This document shows, one piece after another, positions 51,385-61,008 of a stretch of DNA of 64,000 bases. Every line of letters begins with the position of its first letter. The stretch's first letter is position 1. The notes under the pieces were generated by a model. It did no database searches. It saw only the letters and a list, made by a program, of their open reading frames with translations, and was not told where the DNA came from. The position numbers and the translations under genes were made by a program. The DNA comes from Thermoplasmatales archaeon (lineage in GTDB: Archaea > Thermoplasmatota > Thermoplasmata > Thermoplasmatales > Thermoplasmataceae), in NCBI GenBank assembly GCA_027310185.1, contig DAIDBH010000014.1, forward strand, positions 160,001 to 224,000, read 5' to 3'.

Positions 51385-51993
51385 ATGACAGAGATAATTG
51401 GCGGGATAATATTAGAAAAAAGAATGCCGGAAACACTCCCTAAAGTAACGGTAAGCTGGACCTGGTTTGACCAGTTAAACGGGACAGTTGAGTGGACTTT
51501 CAAGAATAATACAAATTCTGTCCAGTCGTTTTTACTTTTCAGGAACACCTACTATTTCGGCAACGCCTTCTGGCCAGTTTACATTAATAATGAAGGGTTT
51601 AACGAGAAATTTGCAACCGCAGCAATCCCTCTTTCAGATTCAGGTACCAGTAATAACTCTGCACCACTTTGTGTTGCTGAGTTTCAGGATAAGAAGAGGA
51701 TAGTATGCTTTCTCTTCACGCTTTCACCAAATCAGCAGTGGTCAATGATAGAAGGCGGCTTTTCAGAATCGTTTCCTCCCTCAGGCTACTCGGCCATAAT
51801 AGCAAACGTTTCCGGATCGAAGGACTACTGTATTAAATATGATGAAACACAGGAAACGGACTGGGATTCACAGACTGGAACCAACTATACGGGATACGAA
51901 CCGAACCCAAGCACATTTAACACGGTAACCGCAAAAGTTCAATCAAGTTTTGTGTCATTGTTCAATGATGTAATAACCCCTGCTGAATGCTAG
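51385..51993 (+). CDS. Hypothetical beta-rich protein
   Basis: 202-aa open frame with aromatic/Asn/Thr-rich composition; start may be MPET (51424). Confidence 0.65.
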   Translation: MTEIIGGIILEKRMPETLPKVTVSWTWFDQLNGTVEWTFKNNTNSVQSFLLFRNTYYFGNAFWPVYINNEGFNEKFATAAIPLSDSGTSNNSAPLCVAEFQDKKRIVCFLFTLSPNQQWSMIEGGFSESFPPSGYSAIIANVSGSKDYCIKYDETQETDWDSQTGTNYTGYEPNPSTFNTVTAKVQSSFVSLFNDVITPAEC

Positions 51994-52035
51994 AATCAAT
52001 GAAAGGATCGTGATAACCCATATGTTGATAGAAAT

Positions 52036-52341
52036 CTAGTTTCTATCCTCGAAAGTCATCATTCTGCCATCTCCATATGTCCTGAAATAATATCTATAGG
52101 TTTTATCTCCAGACATTGCCTCACATTCTCTACCCTTGCTGTAGTTCCCAATCAGTTTTATGTAGTCAATGCTATCCCATCCTGTCCTTTTCTTTATCTC
52201 ATTAACCATGTTTTCAAATATATCAGCGCAGATATTGCAGCAGAAGAACATTCTCTCTCCTTCTATTTCCCTGTAATATTCCCCCCAGGTTGCGTCACAT
52301 AATGCACATCCTTTCTCATTGTTTGTTTTTATACATCTCAC
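52036..52341 (-). CDS. TA0938 family zinc-binding protein
   Basis: GCALCDATWGEYY...FFCCNICA...GNYSKGR. Confidence 0.85.
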   Translation of the reverse strand: MRCIKTNNEKGCALCDATWGEYYREIEGERMFFCCNICADIFENMVNEIKKRTGWDSIDYIKLIGNYSKGRECEAMSGDKTYRYYFRTYGDGRMMTFEDRN

Positions 52342-53230
52342 CTCGTTCTATTCTTGCGTCCAGATATTCGCTGAAAACCCTTGCAGAATTCAGGTACGCT
52401 GATTGTATGTCTTCAAAGTTTTCCTCAGTTGCATATTTTTCAATAATATCCAGTGCCACATAGGAATGGGATACATCCGCCTCATACCCCTCTTTCAGGA
52501 AGTCCTTTACCTCCTGCTTCACTGACATCTCTTTCAATATCTCTGGATTGAAATATGGATATCTTGCTCCATACCTGTTCAGATCCCTGTTTGCAACAAG
52601 TTCGAGTGAATGCACTGCAGCCATGATTTCGATCCACGATCTTTTCTCGGCAATATTTTCCCATGTTCTAACAGCCATTGCAGTTGCTTTCAGTGGTGTT
52701 GAATTCAGGATTTCTTCCCTCCTTAGACCAAGGGAAATCCCCATCCTGATTAGTAGTTCATGGTGAGATGGTTCCTTTTTCCCGAACCCCTGCATCTCTG
52801 TCATAATATTCTCCATCTCATAATCGTGTATGTCGTCAAAGTCACTTTTTGCGATTACATATGCACATGATTTTATCCACTGCTTTAAAAAGTGATGATG
52901 CTCCACGGCATAACCCTTCAGCAGATCTTCATCATACCTCTGCATAGCCATAATAAATGGATGTGGGTTTTCTCCCCTGAAGTTTAACACAAAATTATCT
53001 ATAATCCATCTTTTAATTCCCTTATCTTTCAGGGAATAAAATTCTGAAATCCTCTTTTCAAGTTCTTCCATGCTCAACTTATCCTTTGAAATATTTCTGT
53101 TCAGCCAGGACACATGTTCATAATTACTTTCTGAAGCCTCAGAAAGCAGATGTTCAGAAAGTCCATTAAAATTACCTTTATCAAAAGAACTGTAACAAAC
53201 AGGACAATTTACCATGACTATCCTAACCAA
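52316..53230 (-). CDS. Zinc-finger plus heme-oxygenase-like (PqqC/CADD/TenA superfamily) protein
   Basis: N-terminal CPVC...H...H; ENIMTE..SHHELL, AAVHSLE, EADVSH metal-ligand-like motifs. Confidence 0.75.
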   Translation of the reverse strand: MVRIVMVNCPVCYSSFDKGNFNGLSEHLLSEASESNYEHVSWLNRNISKDKLSMEELEKRISEFYSLKDKGIKRWIIDNFVLNFRGENPHPFIMAMQRYDEDLLKGYAVEHHHFLKQWIKSCAYVIAKSDFDDIHDYEMENIMTEMQGFGKKEPSHHELLIRMGISLGLRREEILNSTPLKATAMAVRTWENIAEKRSWIEIMAAVHSLELVANRDLNRYGARYPYFNPEILKEMSVKQEVKDFLKEGYEADVSHSYVALDIIEKYATEENFEDIQSAYLNSARVFSEYLDARIERGEMYKNKQ

Positions 53231-53423
53231 ATTTATTATAAATTAGTTTTGCTCGTGTTAAATACTTATTATAAATGACTAACATTGATGAATTCAATGA
53301 CAGAATAGTCATTTTGTCTTTATAACGCTCACATAAACACTGCGAATTATAAGGTCAAAGAATTGAACTTATATTCCTTGAAAACCCTTAAATAGACTGC
53401 TAAAATGGATCAATGATGATGTT

Positions 53424-54422
53424 ATGAAAATAAGGAATCTTGGAAAGACTGGGTTAAAGGTTACTGAACTGTGCATGGGAACCATGACGTTTGGAAATCA
53501 GAGCGACAAAAAGACATCGTTTCAGATACTTGATAAAGCATACAATGCTGGAATAAATTTTATTGATACGGCAGATGCTTATCCTCTTGGAAAGGATTTC
53601 AAATACGCGGGTGCCACCGAATCAATTATTGGCGAGTGGATAAAGGGTAAAAGAGATGATATAGTTCTTGCCTCTAAATGTTTCATGCCAACCGGTCCCG
53701 GTCCTAATGACAGGGGTATGAGCAGAAAGCATATAATGAGCGCCATAGACAGAACTCTTGAAAGACTGGGAACAGATTATCTTGATCTTTACCAGATTCA
53801 TAACTTCGATCCTTCTACCCCCATTGAAGAAATGATGAGTGCCTTTGATGATCTTGTCCATCAGGGAAAGATCAGGTATGTGGGTGTTTCCAACTGGAGG
53901 TCCTGGCAGGTTGCAAAGGCAAACGGCATAGCAGATAAGAACAATTTCGCCAGAGTGGTAAGCGTTCAACCAAGATACAACCTGTTGTTCAGGATGATTG
54001 AGGATGATATAGTTCCAATGACCCTTGATGAAGGCGCAGGTATAATGAGTTTCAACCCTCTGGCGGGTGGAATGCTCACAGGACGTTACAGAAAGGATTC
54101 AACACCTGAAAGTGGCACACGGTTTGCCCTTGAAAACAATGCAGGAGATCTTTATCAGGAGCGTTACTGGCAAAGTGCAACTTTTGATGTGGTTGAGGAT
54201 TACCTTGCCTGGTGCAGGGGGCAGGATCTTGATCCTGTCAGCACTGCAGTCCACTGGGTAACCCAGCAACCTGGCATAACTTCGGCAATTATTGGAGCCA
54301 GCAGGGTTGAACAGATTGATGGCAGCCTGAAGGCAGCAGATGTTGAAGACCTGACTCAGGAACAATTAAAATGGCTTGATCAGCTGTGGTACAGATTGCC
54401 AAGAAGGAAGGAAGTCAGATAG
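53424..54422 (+). CDS. Aldo/keto reductase
   Basis: LGKTGLKV, GTMTFG, DTADAY, LGTDYLDLYQIH, GKIRYVGVSN, QPRYNL, PLAGGMLTG. Confidence 0.95.
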   Translation: MKIRNLGKTGLKVTELCMGTMTFGNQSDKKTSFQILDKAYNAGINFIDTADAYPLGKDFKYAGATESIIGEWIKGKRDDIVLASKCFMPTGPGPNDRGMSRKHIMSAIDRTLERLGTDYLDLYQIHNFDPSTPIEEMMSAFDDLVHQGKIRYVGVSNWRSWQVAKANGIADKNNFARVVSVQPRYNLLFRMIEDDIVPMTLDEGAGIMSFNPLAGGMLTGRYRKDSTPESGTRFALENNAGDLYQERYWQSATFDVVEDYLAWCRGQDLDPVSTAVHWVTQQPGITSAIIGASRVEQIDGSLKAADVEDLTQEQLKWLDQLWYRLPRRKEVR

Positions 54423-54546
54423 GCAAGATACCGGGTAACAATTTTCCCTAATTTACCAGTTAACCTGAAATATATAAATAGAGTTGCTTTCACATGAGGT
54501 CTATATGATGGTATTTACTGGATTTTAATTTGTGCTGCCTGATATT

Positions 54547-55323
54547 TTATTGAACAAGAGCGACTTCTTTTTCTCTTACCAGCATTCTTCTCTGCATATA
54601 GATTACTGCGAATGATACGACTGAAAAAATATCAAGATAGATGAAGTAGATGTTATCCGAAGGAGATAATAGAGAATTGAGAATCCTGAAACTCCCGTAT
54701 CCAATGTAAATGAGAAAAATGAACCGGATAAGATACCCTGTTGTTATAGAAATGGTAAAGTTTGAAAATTTCATCTTCAATATCCCTGCTCCAAGAGCAA
54801 AAAGAACCTTGCCATAGGGTATGAATGTTGAGATAAAAATAGAGAACGTTCCATGTGTTGCGATCCAGTCATCTGCCTTATTGATGTCTTTTTCCCTTAT
54901 CTTGATCTTTGATAGTGCTTTAAGTAAAAGTTCTCTTCCAGCGAATCTCCCACTGAGATATTCAATCAACGAAACGAAAAGCATGGCCAGTACTGAAACA
55001 AAGAGTGTGGCATAAACGTTAAACAGGCCGACAAAAGCGAGATACCCGTAGAACGGCACCAGTATATCGTCAGGCAATGGGCCAAAAGCTATTATAATAA
55101 ACATCCCGAAATAACCAAGCCTGTAGATGGGTTCAAAGGCGCCGAAACTTACATTCTTTAGATTTATATCAGTGCTGATATAATGGAAATATCCATTTGC
55201 TATATCCAGAGAGCTGAGGATGATGAACACAATCAGTAATGTTTCAGCATAAAGGTAATACCTGTTCAGATTTGATCTCAGGAACCTGTACAAATCAAGA
55301 AATGTTTCACTGGTCGTATTCAT
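54547..55323 (-). CDS. DedA/VTT family membrane protein
   Basis: PLPDDILVPFYG, YLSGRFAG, STFIPYGK..ALGAGILKM. Confidence 0.82.
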   Translation of the reverse strand: MNTTSETFLDLYRFLRSNLNRYYLYAETLLIVFIILSSLDIANGYFHYISTDINLKNVSFGAFEPIYRLGYFGMFIIIAFGPLPDDILVPFYGYLAFVGLFNVYATLFVSVLAMLFVSLIEYLSGRFAGRELLLKALSKIKIREKDINKADDWIATHGTFSIFISTFIPYGKVLFALGAGILKMKFSNFTISITTGYLIRFIFLIYIGYGSFRILNSLLSPSDNIYFIYLDIFSVVSFAVIYMQRRMLVREKEVALVQ

Positions 55324-55415
55324 CCACTATAACTGATTATATCACCTGTGTATTTAAGGAATATAGCTGACTCATGACTCTAATATGATTCCGTTATACT
55401 ATTTTCTAAGTGATT

Positions 55416-56153
55416 TCAGCTGGTAGGTGCCTGTTCTGGACTGTAGTGGATTCTTCCCTTCTCCTTATACATGAACTTATATGAAAGAGCTCCTAAAGTT
55501 CCACCTATTACTGGAGCTACCCAGTATATCCACTGATAATACTGTCCTTTTAGTAATATCCCCGACAGTACTGCAGGTCCAAAGGATCTGGCCGGATTGA
55601 TAGAACCCCCACTTATGGTTGCTAGCATGAATATCATAATTGAAACATATATTCCAATTACAATTGCTATAATTGCAGTATTACTTGTTCTGGAAGTTAC
55701 TCCCATAATGGTCCAGAGGAAGAAGAAAGTCATTATCAGTTCACCTGCAAAGGCGACCCATGGTCCCCTGATCCCTGGAATGGTTGCACCGAACTGAACA
55801 CTATTTGCGACGTTATAGCCAAATAAAAGCCCGACTGTTGCTGAGGCCAGTACCGCTCCTATTAACTGCGCAATTATATACTGAAACACATATTTTCCTG
55901 GAAAACGCCCGGCAAAGAACATTGCTATGGTAACGGCAGGATTGACATGTCCTCCAGAAATGTTTGCAACTGCCATGATGCCGATGGAAATCCCCAGTCC
56001 GAAGGTGATGGCAAGATAGAAAAGCGTTGATGGATTGAGAGTTTGATTGAAAGCAGCGATGAAAGCGACGACGCTCCCTGGCCCAAAAAGGACGAAAATA
56101 TAAGTTCCAACGAGTTCAGCCAACGATTTCCTGATGATATCTGCCATATTCAA
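55416..56153 (-). CDS. MIP family aquaporin
   Basis: AELVGT, SGGHVNPAVT, GGSINPARSFGPA, WIYWVAP. Confidence 0.95.
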   Translation of the reverse strand: MNMADIIRKSLAELVGTYIFVLFGPGSVVAFIAAFNQTLNPSTLFYLAITFGLGISIGIMAVANISGGHVNPAVTIAMFFAGRFPGKYVFQYIIAQLIGAVLASATVGLLFGYNVANSVQFGATIPGIRGPWVAFAGELIMTFFFLWTIMGVTSRTSNTAIIAIVIGIYVSIMIFMLATISGGSINPARSFGPAVLSGILLKGQYYQWIYWVAPVIGGTLGALSYKFMYKEKGRIHYSPEQAPTS

Positions 56154-56239
56154 TAACTAATAAATAAGCATTATAATAATATTTTTAATTTTATTTTTTC
56201 CGAAAATATACTATTGGGGTTTAAGTATTGCGAATCCTC

Positions 56240-56515
56240 GTGACCTTCTCTCTTAGCTTTCGCAGGGAACTTCCCACTTCAAAGGTTACTGACAAATTCT
56301 CAATTGGCTTGAATTCCCCCGGTCTGAAGGTACTATGTATTTCATGCTAAGCCATCTGACTTTACAGATACAGGCACGTATGAAGCTATATGCAATCCGA
56401 TCTCTTTCACTTCTGTCCTCCAGCAAACACACCATAATAATACCTCAGCAAGTTGTAACTGTTTATCCCGCTTTCATCCCCTATCTTTCGAAAAGGGGAT
56501 TCCCTCTCGCAAATT
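56240..56515 (-). mobile_element. Degenerate non-autonomous IS200/IS605-family remnant (left-end hairpin plus tnpB 3'-end)
   Basis: Hairpin ATCCCCT(56476-82)...AGGGGAT(56494-500); minus strand GTACCTTCAGACCGGGGGAATTCAAGCC...GAAGTGGGAAGTTCCCTGCGAAAGCT...GGTCAC resembles archaeal tnpB 3' ends (from recall). Confidence 0.55.
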
Positions 56516-56734
56516 TAAAGAACCAGCTATATAACTAGTCAGCTGCCTTGAATGAGGCTTTGCGTTCATAGAAAAATGACTGAAACCTGTGATAGCGAGA
56601 CTGAAATATAGCAAAAACCAAAGAAAACATAGTGAAACAGAGAACGTCTCGTGACTGAAATTTTATCACATTGCAGACAGAAATTTAGGATACACAAACA
56701 AACAATATATGTGATATGGATATTTACGCTGCCC

Positions 56735-57742
56735 ATGGGACGAAACTTGAATTATATAAACAGCCTGGCAGAAAATACACCATCAATACATTATCATTCA
56801 TATGCTACCATCCTGCTAATCGCATGTTTAAGTTTCTTTGGGGCAGAGATCCTGACCGGTTCCACAAGTGTCGAGGGAATTTTTCAATATCCTGTATCTT
56901 TCCTGATGGGTCTCGCTTTCTATGGATTCCAGATCACAATCATTGCTGACATTTCGGCTAGATACAACCTCAAATTAGGTACTATTTACATATTAGGACT
57001 TATTTATGGAATTCTTGAAGAAGGTATATCCATATTTACGATGGAGGCTACCGGCGCACATAAATTATGGCTTACCGCATTTGGACTGAACCTCACGTGG
57101 ACCCTATATGTTATGATACTTCATGCTGTAGTCACAGTTATTACAACCCTTTTTATCCTAAGGGTTATCTGGCCTAAAAAACTGCAGAATCCAATTCTGT
57201 CCAAAAGGAACTATATGATCATGGTTCCCGTAATCATGTTAATTTATTACTTTTTGATGGTTGCTTCCATTTCTGCAGGAAGAGTGCCTGGAATTCTGCC
57301 AGTTATTCTTCTCATTTTGCTGCTTTTTGTATTGATCTTTGCAGCATGGAAAAATTCTCAAATAGAAAGAATGAGGAAAAAAGAAAGAATAGGTACCGGG
57401 GTAAAATACGGCGTTTTAATCCCATTCGCTGCTGGAATGATTCTTCCCTTCATTCTCGGAAACCGCCTTCCAGAAATTTTAATCCCGGAAACTTTGGCAC
57501 TGCTTCTTTTAACGGTCTACCTCTTTCTATATTTCAACAGGTTTGACACTATAGTGAACATTAAAAGGAAATTTCTATGGTCCTTTAGCTCAATCATTCT
57601 TATTATAATGCTAGTTGGAGGTAGTTTTAACAGAACTGTTCCCAGTGATGTATTGGCGATAATTGCATGCGTCATTATCATTCTATTTGGGTACCTGAAA
57701 GTCAGAAGAACTGAAAATAATAAAAAGTGTGTAATTTCCTGA
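56735..57742 (+). CDS. Multi-pass membrane protein
   Basis: About 10 TM; AEILTGST, LGLIYGILEEG motif; start at MGRN. Confidence 0.75.
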   Translation: MGRNLNYINSLAENTPSIHYHSYATILLIACLSFFGAEILTGSTSVEGIFQYPVSFLMGLAFYGFQITIIADISARYNLKLGTIYILGLIYGILEEGISIFTMEATGAHKLWLTAFGLNLTWTLYVMILHAVVTVITTLFILRVIWPKKLQNPILSKRNYMIMVPVIMLIYYFLMVASISAGRVPGILPVILLILLLFVLIFAAWKNSQIERMRKKERIGTGVKYGVLIPFAAGMILPFILGNRLPEILIPETLALLLLTVYLFLYFNRFDTIVNIKRKFLWSFSSIILIIMLVGGSFNRTVPSDVLAIIACVIIILFGYLKVRRTENNKKCVIS

Positions 57743-57871
57743 TCATAATATCAATCTTGAAAGAACTCTGTTGAAATCGCATAAAAATTCGAATGCAGAT
57801 TTGGATCATCTATGTATTGTTATCGAAAATCGCAACCTCCTTTAATATCGTCTATTTCCCCCTGAGTAGAA

Positions 57872-57944
57872 TGGGACCGTTGAGATTTGAACTCAAGTCA
57901 CTAACACCCCAAGCTAGTAGGATACCAAGCTACCCCACGGTCCC
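57872..57944 (-). tRNA. tRNA-Pro(GGG)
   Basis: GGGACCGTGGGGTAGCTTGGTATCCTACTAGCTTGGGGTGTTAGTGACTTGAGTTCAAATCTCAACGGTCCCA cloverleaf, directly downstream of rpoN. Confidence 0.95.
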
Positions 57945-57958
57945 AAAAAGTATATGCC

Positions 57959-58177
57959 TTAGGAGAAAGGCATTATTTCGTCTATAAGTTCGATGTGCGA
58001 AAGAACCATTCTTCTGCAGCAATATCTTTCAAGCCCGAGCCTGTCCATAATTGCAGAAATTTCATCTGGAGTTGGTTCCCTGTTCCTGGCCCTTATCTGG
58101 TTTAACTCAGCCTCGAATCGTCTGTAGTCAGAGCCTATAACCCTGCCGCAGCTGAAACATCTTACCGGTATTATCAT
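57959..58177 (-). CDS. rpoN: RNA polymerase subunit N (Rpo10)
   Basis: MIIPVRCFSCG...RYCCRRM. Confidence 0.97.
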   Translation of the reverse strand: MIIPVRCFSCGRVIGSDYRRFEAELNQIRARNREPTPDEISAIMDRLGLERYCCRRMVLSHIELIDEIMPFS

Positions 58178-58182
58178 TCAGA

Positions 58183-58587
58183 TCACCTGTAAGATTTCTG
58201 TCTTTTGGCTCTGGCTCCTCTTCCCATGGGCTTCTTTGGCAGCTTTCTTCTGATATCGTTAACCATTATGGTCCTGTCATACTGTCTGTATATTTCCTCT
58301 ATTGTATTGTCCTTCAGGAATTTGACTATTCCCTTGGCCATTGCTGTTCTTGCAGCGTCAACCTGTCCTGTCAGCCCACCACCACTTACGGAAATATCCA
58401 CGTCAATTGCACCTGATCTTTCACCTATCAATGCTATTGGCTCCATCAATTTTTCCCTAAGCAAGGCGACAGGATAAAGTTCAACCGGATAATCGTTTAT
58501 CCTGAATTTCCCTGTTCCACTCTTTGTATATGCCCTTGCCGTAGCTGTTTTTCTCTTTCCTGTCGTGATAACTATTTCTTCACTCAA
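58183..58587 (-). CDS. rps9: 30S ribosomal protein S9
   Basis: GKRKTATARA, GGGLTGQ, GARAKRQKSYR. Confidence 0.97.
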   Translation of the reverse strand: MSEEIVITTGKRKTATARAYTKSGTGKFRINDYPVELYPVALLREKLMEPIALIGERSGAIDVDISVSGGGLTGQVDAARTAMAKGIVKFLKDNTIEEIYRQYDRTIMVNDIRRKLPKKPMGRGARAKRQKSYR

Positions 58588-59005
58588 TTACTTTTACCTC
58601 CTTTCCCATTATTTTTGCTACTTCTGTAAGGGTTACAAAACCACTTACCCTGTTATTCTGAGCCTTTTCAAATTTCTCGAATTGCTTATCCTTCAGTTCT
58701 GGTGGTACCCCATCGTAAACAATGCATCTCTTCAGTGCTTCCCTTCCCCTGGCCTTGTCTTTTGGAAGCATATCTCCAATGGATCTCTTGAGAATAGCCT
58801 TTGGATTTCTTGGATAATAGGGCCCCTTCCTGACGCTCCCTATATCTCTTCTGCTCCTGAACTTCCCTAGTACTGCATCCCTGCCGCCTGTTACCGCTAC
58901 CTTTGCAGCGTTCACTATTGTAACTGATTCTCCTTCAAGCAACTTTTTTGCCAGTATAGTTGAAAGCCTGCCATAAACTGCGTTATCCGCATCTACATAT
59001 ATCAT
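58580..59005 (-). CDS. rpl13: 50S ribosomal protein L13
   Basis: DADNAVYGRLST, KGPYYPRNP, MLPK, GVPPEL. Confidence 0.96.
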   Translation of the reverse strand: MIYVDADNAVYGRLSTILAKKLLEGESVTIVNAAKVAVTGGRDAVLGKFRSRRDIGSVRKGPYYPRNPKAILKRSIGDMLPKDKARGREALKRCIVYDGVPPELKDKQFEKFEKAQNNRVSGFVTLTEVAKIMGKEVKVIE

Positions 59006-59009
59006 TATC

Positions 59010-59378
59010 TTACCTCATTATTTTTAGATTCTTAGGTTCAGGATTTTCCTTTGCCAGATCAGCCAGGAATACGAATTCAGAGCCAGAATCCTTGATCTTC
59101 TTCATTGCCTTCTCACTGACATCAAGTGCTGAAATCTTTAATTTCCTTTCCATATATCCGCTTCCAAGCACCTTGCCTGGCACAACAACTATATCTCCAT
59201 CCTTGCACATTTTTGATATCTTTCCAACATTTAGATCTGCATAATTTTGCCTTGTCTCGGAGAGCCTCTTTGCAATGTCCCTCCATAGGGGTGACTGGTT
59301 TTCCCTTGACAGTTGGAGAAGGGTTTCAACCGTTTCCATAATTTTAGGGCTTGTTTTTCTTTCTGCTTGTATACTCAT
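59010..59378 (-). CDS. rpl18e: 50S ribosomal protein L18e
   Basis: LWRDIAKRL, VVVPGKVLGSG; start taken at MSIQ. Confidence 0.95.
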   Translation of the reverse strand: MSIQAERKTSPKIMETVETLLQLSRENQSPLWRDIAKRLSETRQNYADLNVGKISKMCKDGDIVVVPGKVLGSGYMERKLKISALDVSEKAMKKIKDSGSEFVFLADLAKENPEPKNLKIMR

Positions 59379-59427
59379 TTTGACCATCGGAATATAAACC
59401 TGAATGCCCAAGAATTAATAAAGATTT

Positions 59428-60168
59428 TCACGAAGAACCATCTTTTTCATTTCTCATGTCCCTGGATGCGATTTCAATTTTCCTCAGTATACCCATGATT
59501 CTATAAAATTCACTTCTTGCCATGTCGGATCTTGAAATAAGCCTCCTGAACATTACCATTGTGTTTGGAATCTTATGTGCAGGAAAATTGACCTTGCCCA
59601 TTATATTATTTATATTATTCAGCAGAATCTCAATCTCCTCACTTGATGCCCTATCTTTTTCTGGATAGGCAACTTCATCGTTTGACATTGACTCATACAA
59701 GATCAGTGTGACGGCGTGGGATATATTATAAACGGGATATTCTGGATTTCCAGGGATAGTCAGGAAAAAGTCACATAACTCCAGTTCAGAATTTTTCAGT
59801 CCATCCCCTTCCCTTCCGATCACAAGAGCCGTCTTCTTCTCATTCCTGTAATGATCCGACCAGAATACTGAGGGCTTAATTGGTATTCTCCTGTAATCCC
59901 TCATGTTCTCGGATGAAACTGCGGATGTTCCTACCAGAACGTCAAAACGATTCCTTACTTCCCTTAGATCTGGGTAATATTCTGCCTTAGCAAGAAGGTC
60001 AGATGGTTCTTTAGCCCGTGCAAAGGCGTCATCGTCAAAAAATGATGTGCCAACAACTATCAGATCATTGAAAAATGTATTTTTCATTGATCTGGCAACT
60101 GCGCCAATATTGCCCTGAACCTCTGGTTCCACCAGTACGATGGAAACCTGATCCCTGTCCAGTTTCAT
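59428..60168 (-). CDS. TrmJ-like SPOUT tRNA/rRNA methyltransferase
   Basis: VLVEP..GNIGAVARSMKN, GREGDGL.N.EL, YPVYNISHAV. Confidence 0.9.
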   Translation of the reverse strand: MKLDRDQVSIVLVEPEVQGNIGAVARSMKNTFFNDLIVVGTSFFDDDAFARAKEPSDLLAKAEYYPDLREVRNRFDVLVGTSAVSSENMRDYRRIPIKPSVFWSDHYRNEKKTALVIGREGDGLKNSELELCDFFLTIPGNPEYPVYNISHAVTLILYESMSNDEVAYPEKDRASSEEIEILLNNINNIMGKVNFPAHKIPNTMVMFRRLISRSDMARSEFYRIMGILRKIEIASRDMRNEKDGSS

Positions 60169-60929
60169 TGTGCACTGACGCTTTTCTCGTTTTCCTTGTC
60201 TGTTGTTTCTTCTGCAACGGGTTTATCCTGTGCACTGTCTTCCTTTACTTCTTCTTTCACTGGTTCATACTTCTCTGTTATGTAAAGAACAAGGTCCTTC
60301 AGATATTTTCTTGTTGCTTCAACTACCCTGTATTTTGCATCGAACCACTCTATGTTGAATTTCATGTCTTCCGGGACAACTATCTCCAGATCATTTCCCC
60401 TTTCTTCAATCACAAAGTTATCCGATCCTCTTGAGAAGTTAAGGTCGATTATCCCCTTGAGCTTATCCTTCTTTCCATCCAGCTGCTCAACTAGGGAATA
60501 TTTATAGAAAACGTCCTTTCCAGCCCATGGGTGATTATAGTCGACAACCACTCTACCTGGACTGACAGAGAGTATCCTTCCCCTCTTGTTGTTTATTCTC
60601 ACTTCTGCTCCGGGAACAGGATCTATGTTATTTCTCTTGAACTCAGACATGGTATGCACTTTTAGATTCTTTGAATCCCTCATACCATAGGCATTTTCTG
60701 CCTTGATCTCCACTTCATGCTCTTCTCCAATCTTTGAACCCAGCAGGCTGTCATTTATCTCTTTGAACAGATCCTCTGATCCAACTACAAGAACTCCCTC
60801 TCCATACTTCTGATCCGGATCATATATATTGTTCTCTTTTGCTAGTGCTTCATCGCTCGTTGCAACAAGTTGTTTATCTGACCCGACTCTCATTTCGAAT
60901 TTAATTTTTACAAAGTCTCCATTTTCCAT
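60165..60929 (-). CDS. Long-type FKBP peptidyl-prolyl isomerase (SlyD-like)
   Basis: GDFVKI, ENAYG, GRVVVDYNHPWAGK. Confidence 0.9.
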   Translation of the reverse strand: MENGDFVKIKFEMRVGSDKQLVATSDEALAKENNIYDPDQKYGEGVLVVGSEDLFKEINDSLLGSKIGEEHEVEIKAENAYGMRDSKNLKVHTMSEFKRNNIDPVPGAEVRINNKRGRILSVSPGRVVVDYNHPWAGKDVFYKYSLVEQLDGKKDKLKGIIDLNFSRGSDNFVIEERGNDLEIVVPEDMKFNIEWFDAKYRVVEATRKYLKDLVLYITEKYEPVKEEVKEDSAQDKPVAEETTDKENEKSVSAQ

Positions 60930-61008
60930 GGTATCACCGGAATAAGTTATACGTAATTTCAGATATTATTTAAAGGTATTCTGTAAAAATTAAGCTTTTG
61001 AAATGCTT

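Noticed and set aside
31078-57944. Integrated virus/plasmid at either tRNA-Pro
   Set aside because: I saw no duplicated tRNA 3' end (att site) and no integrase gene in the window.
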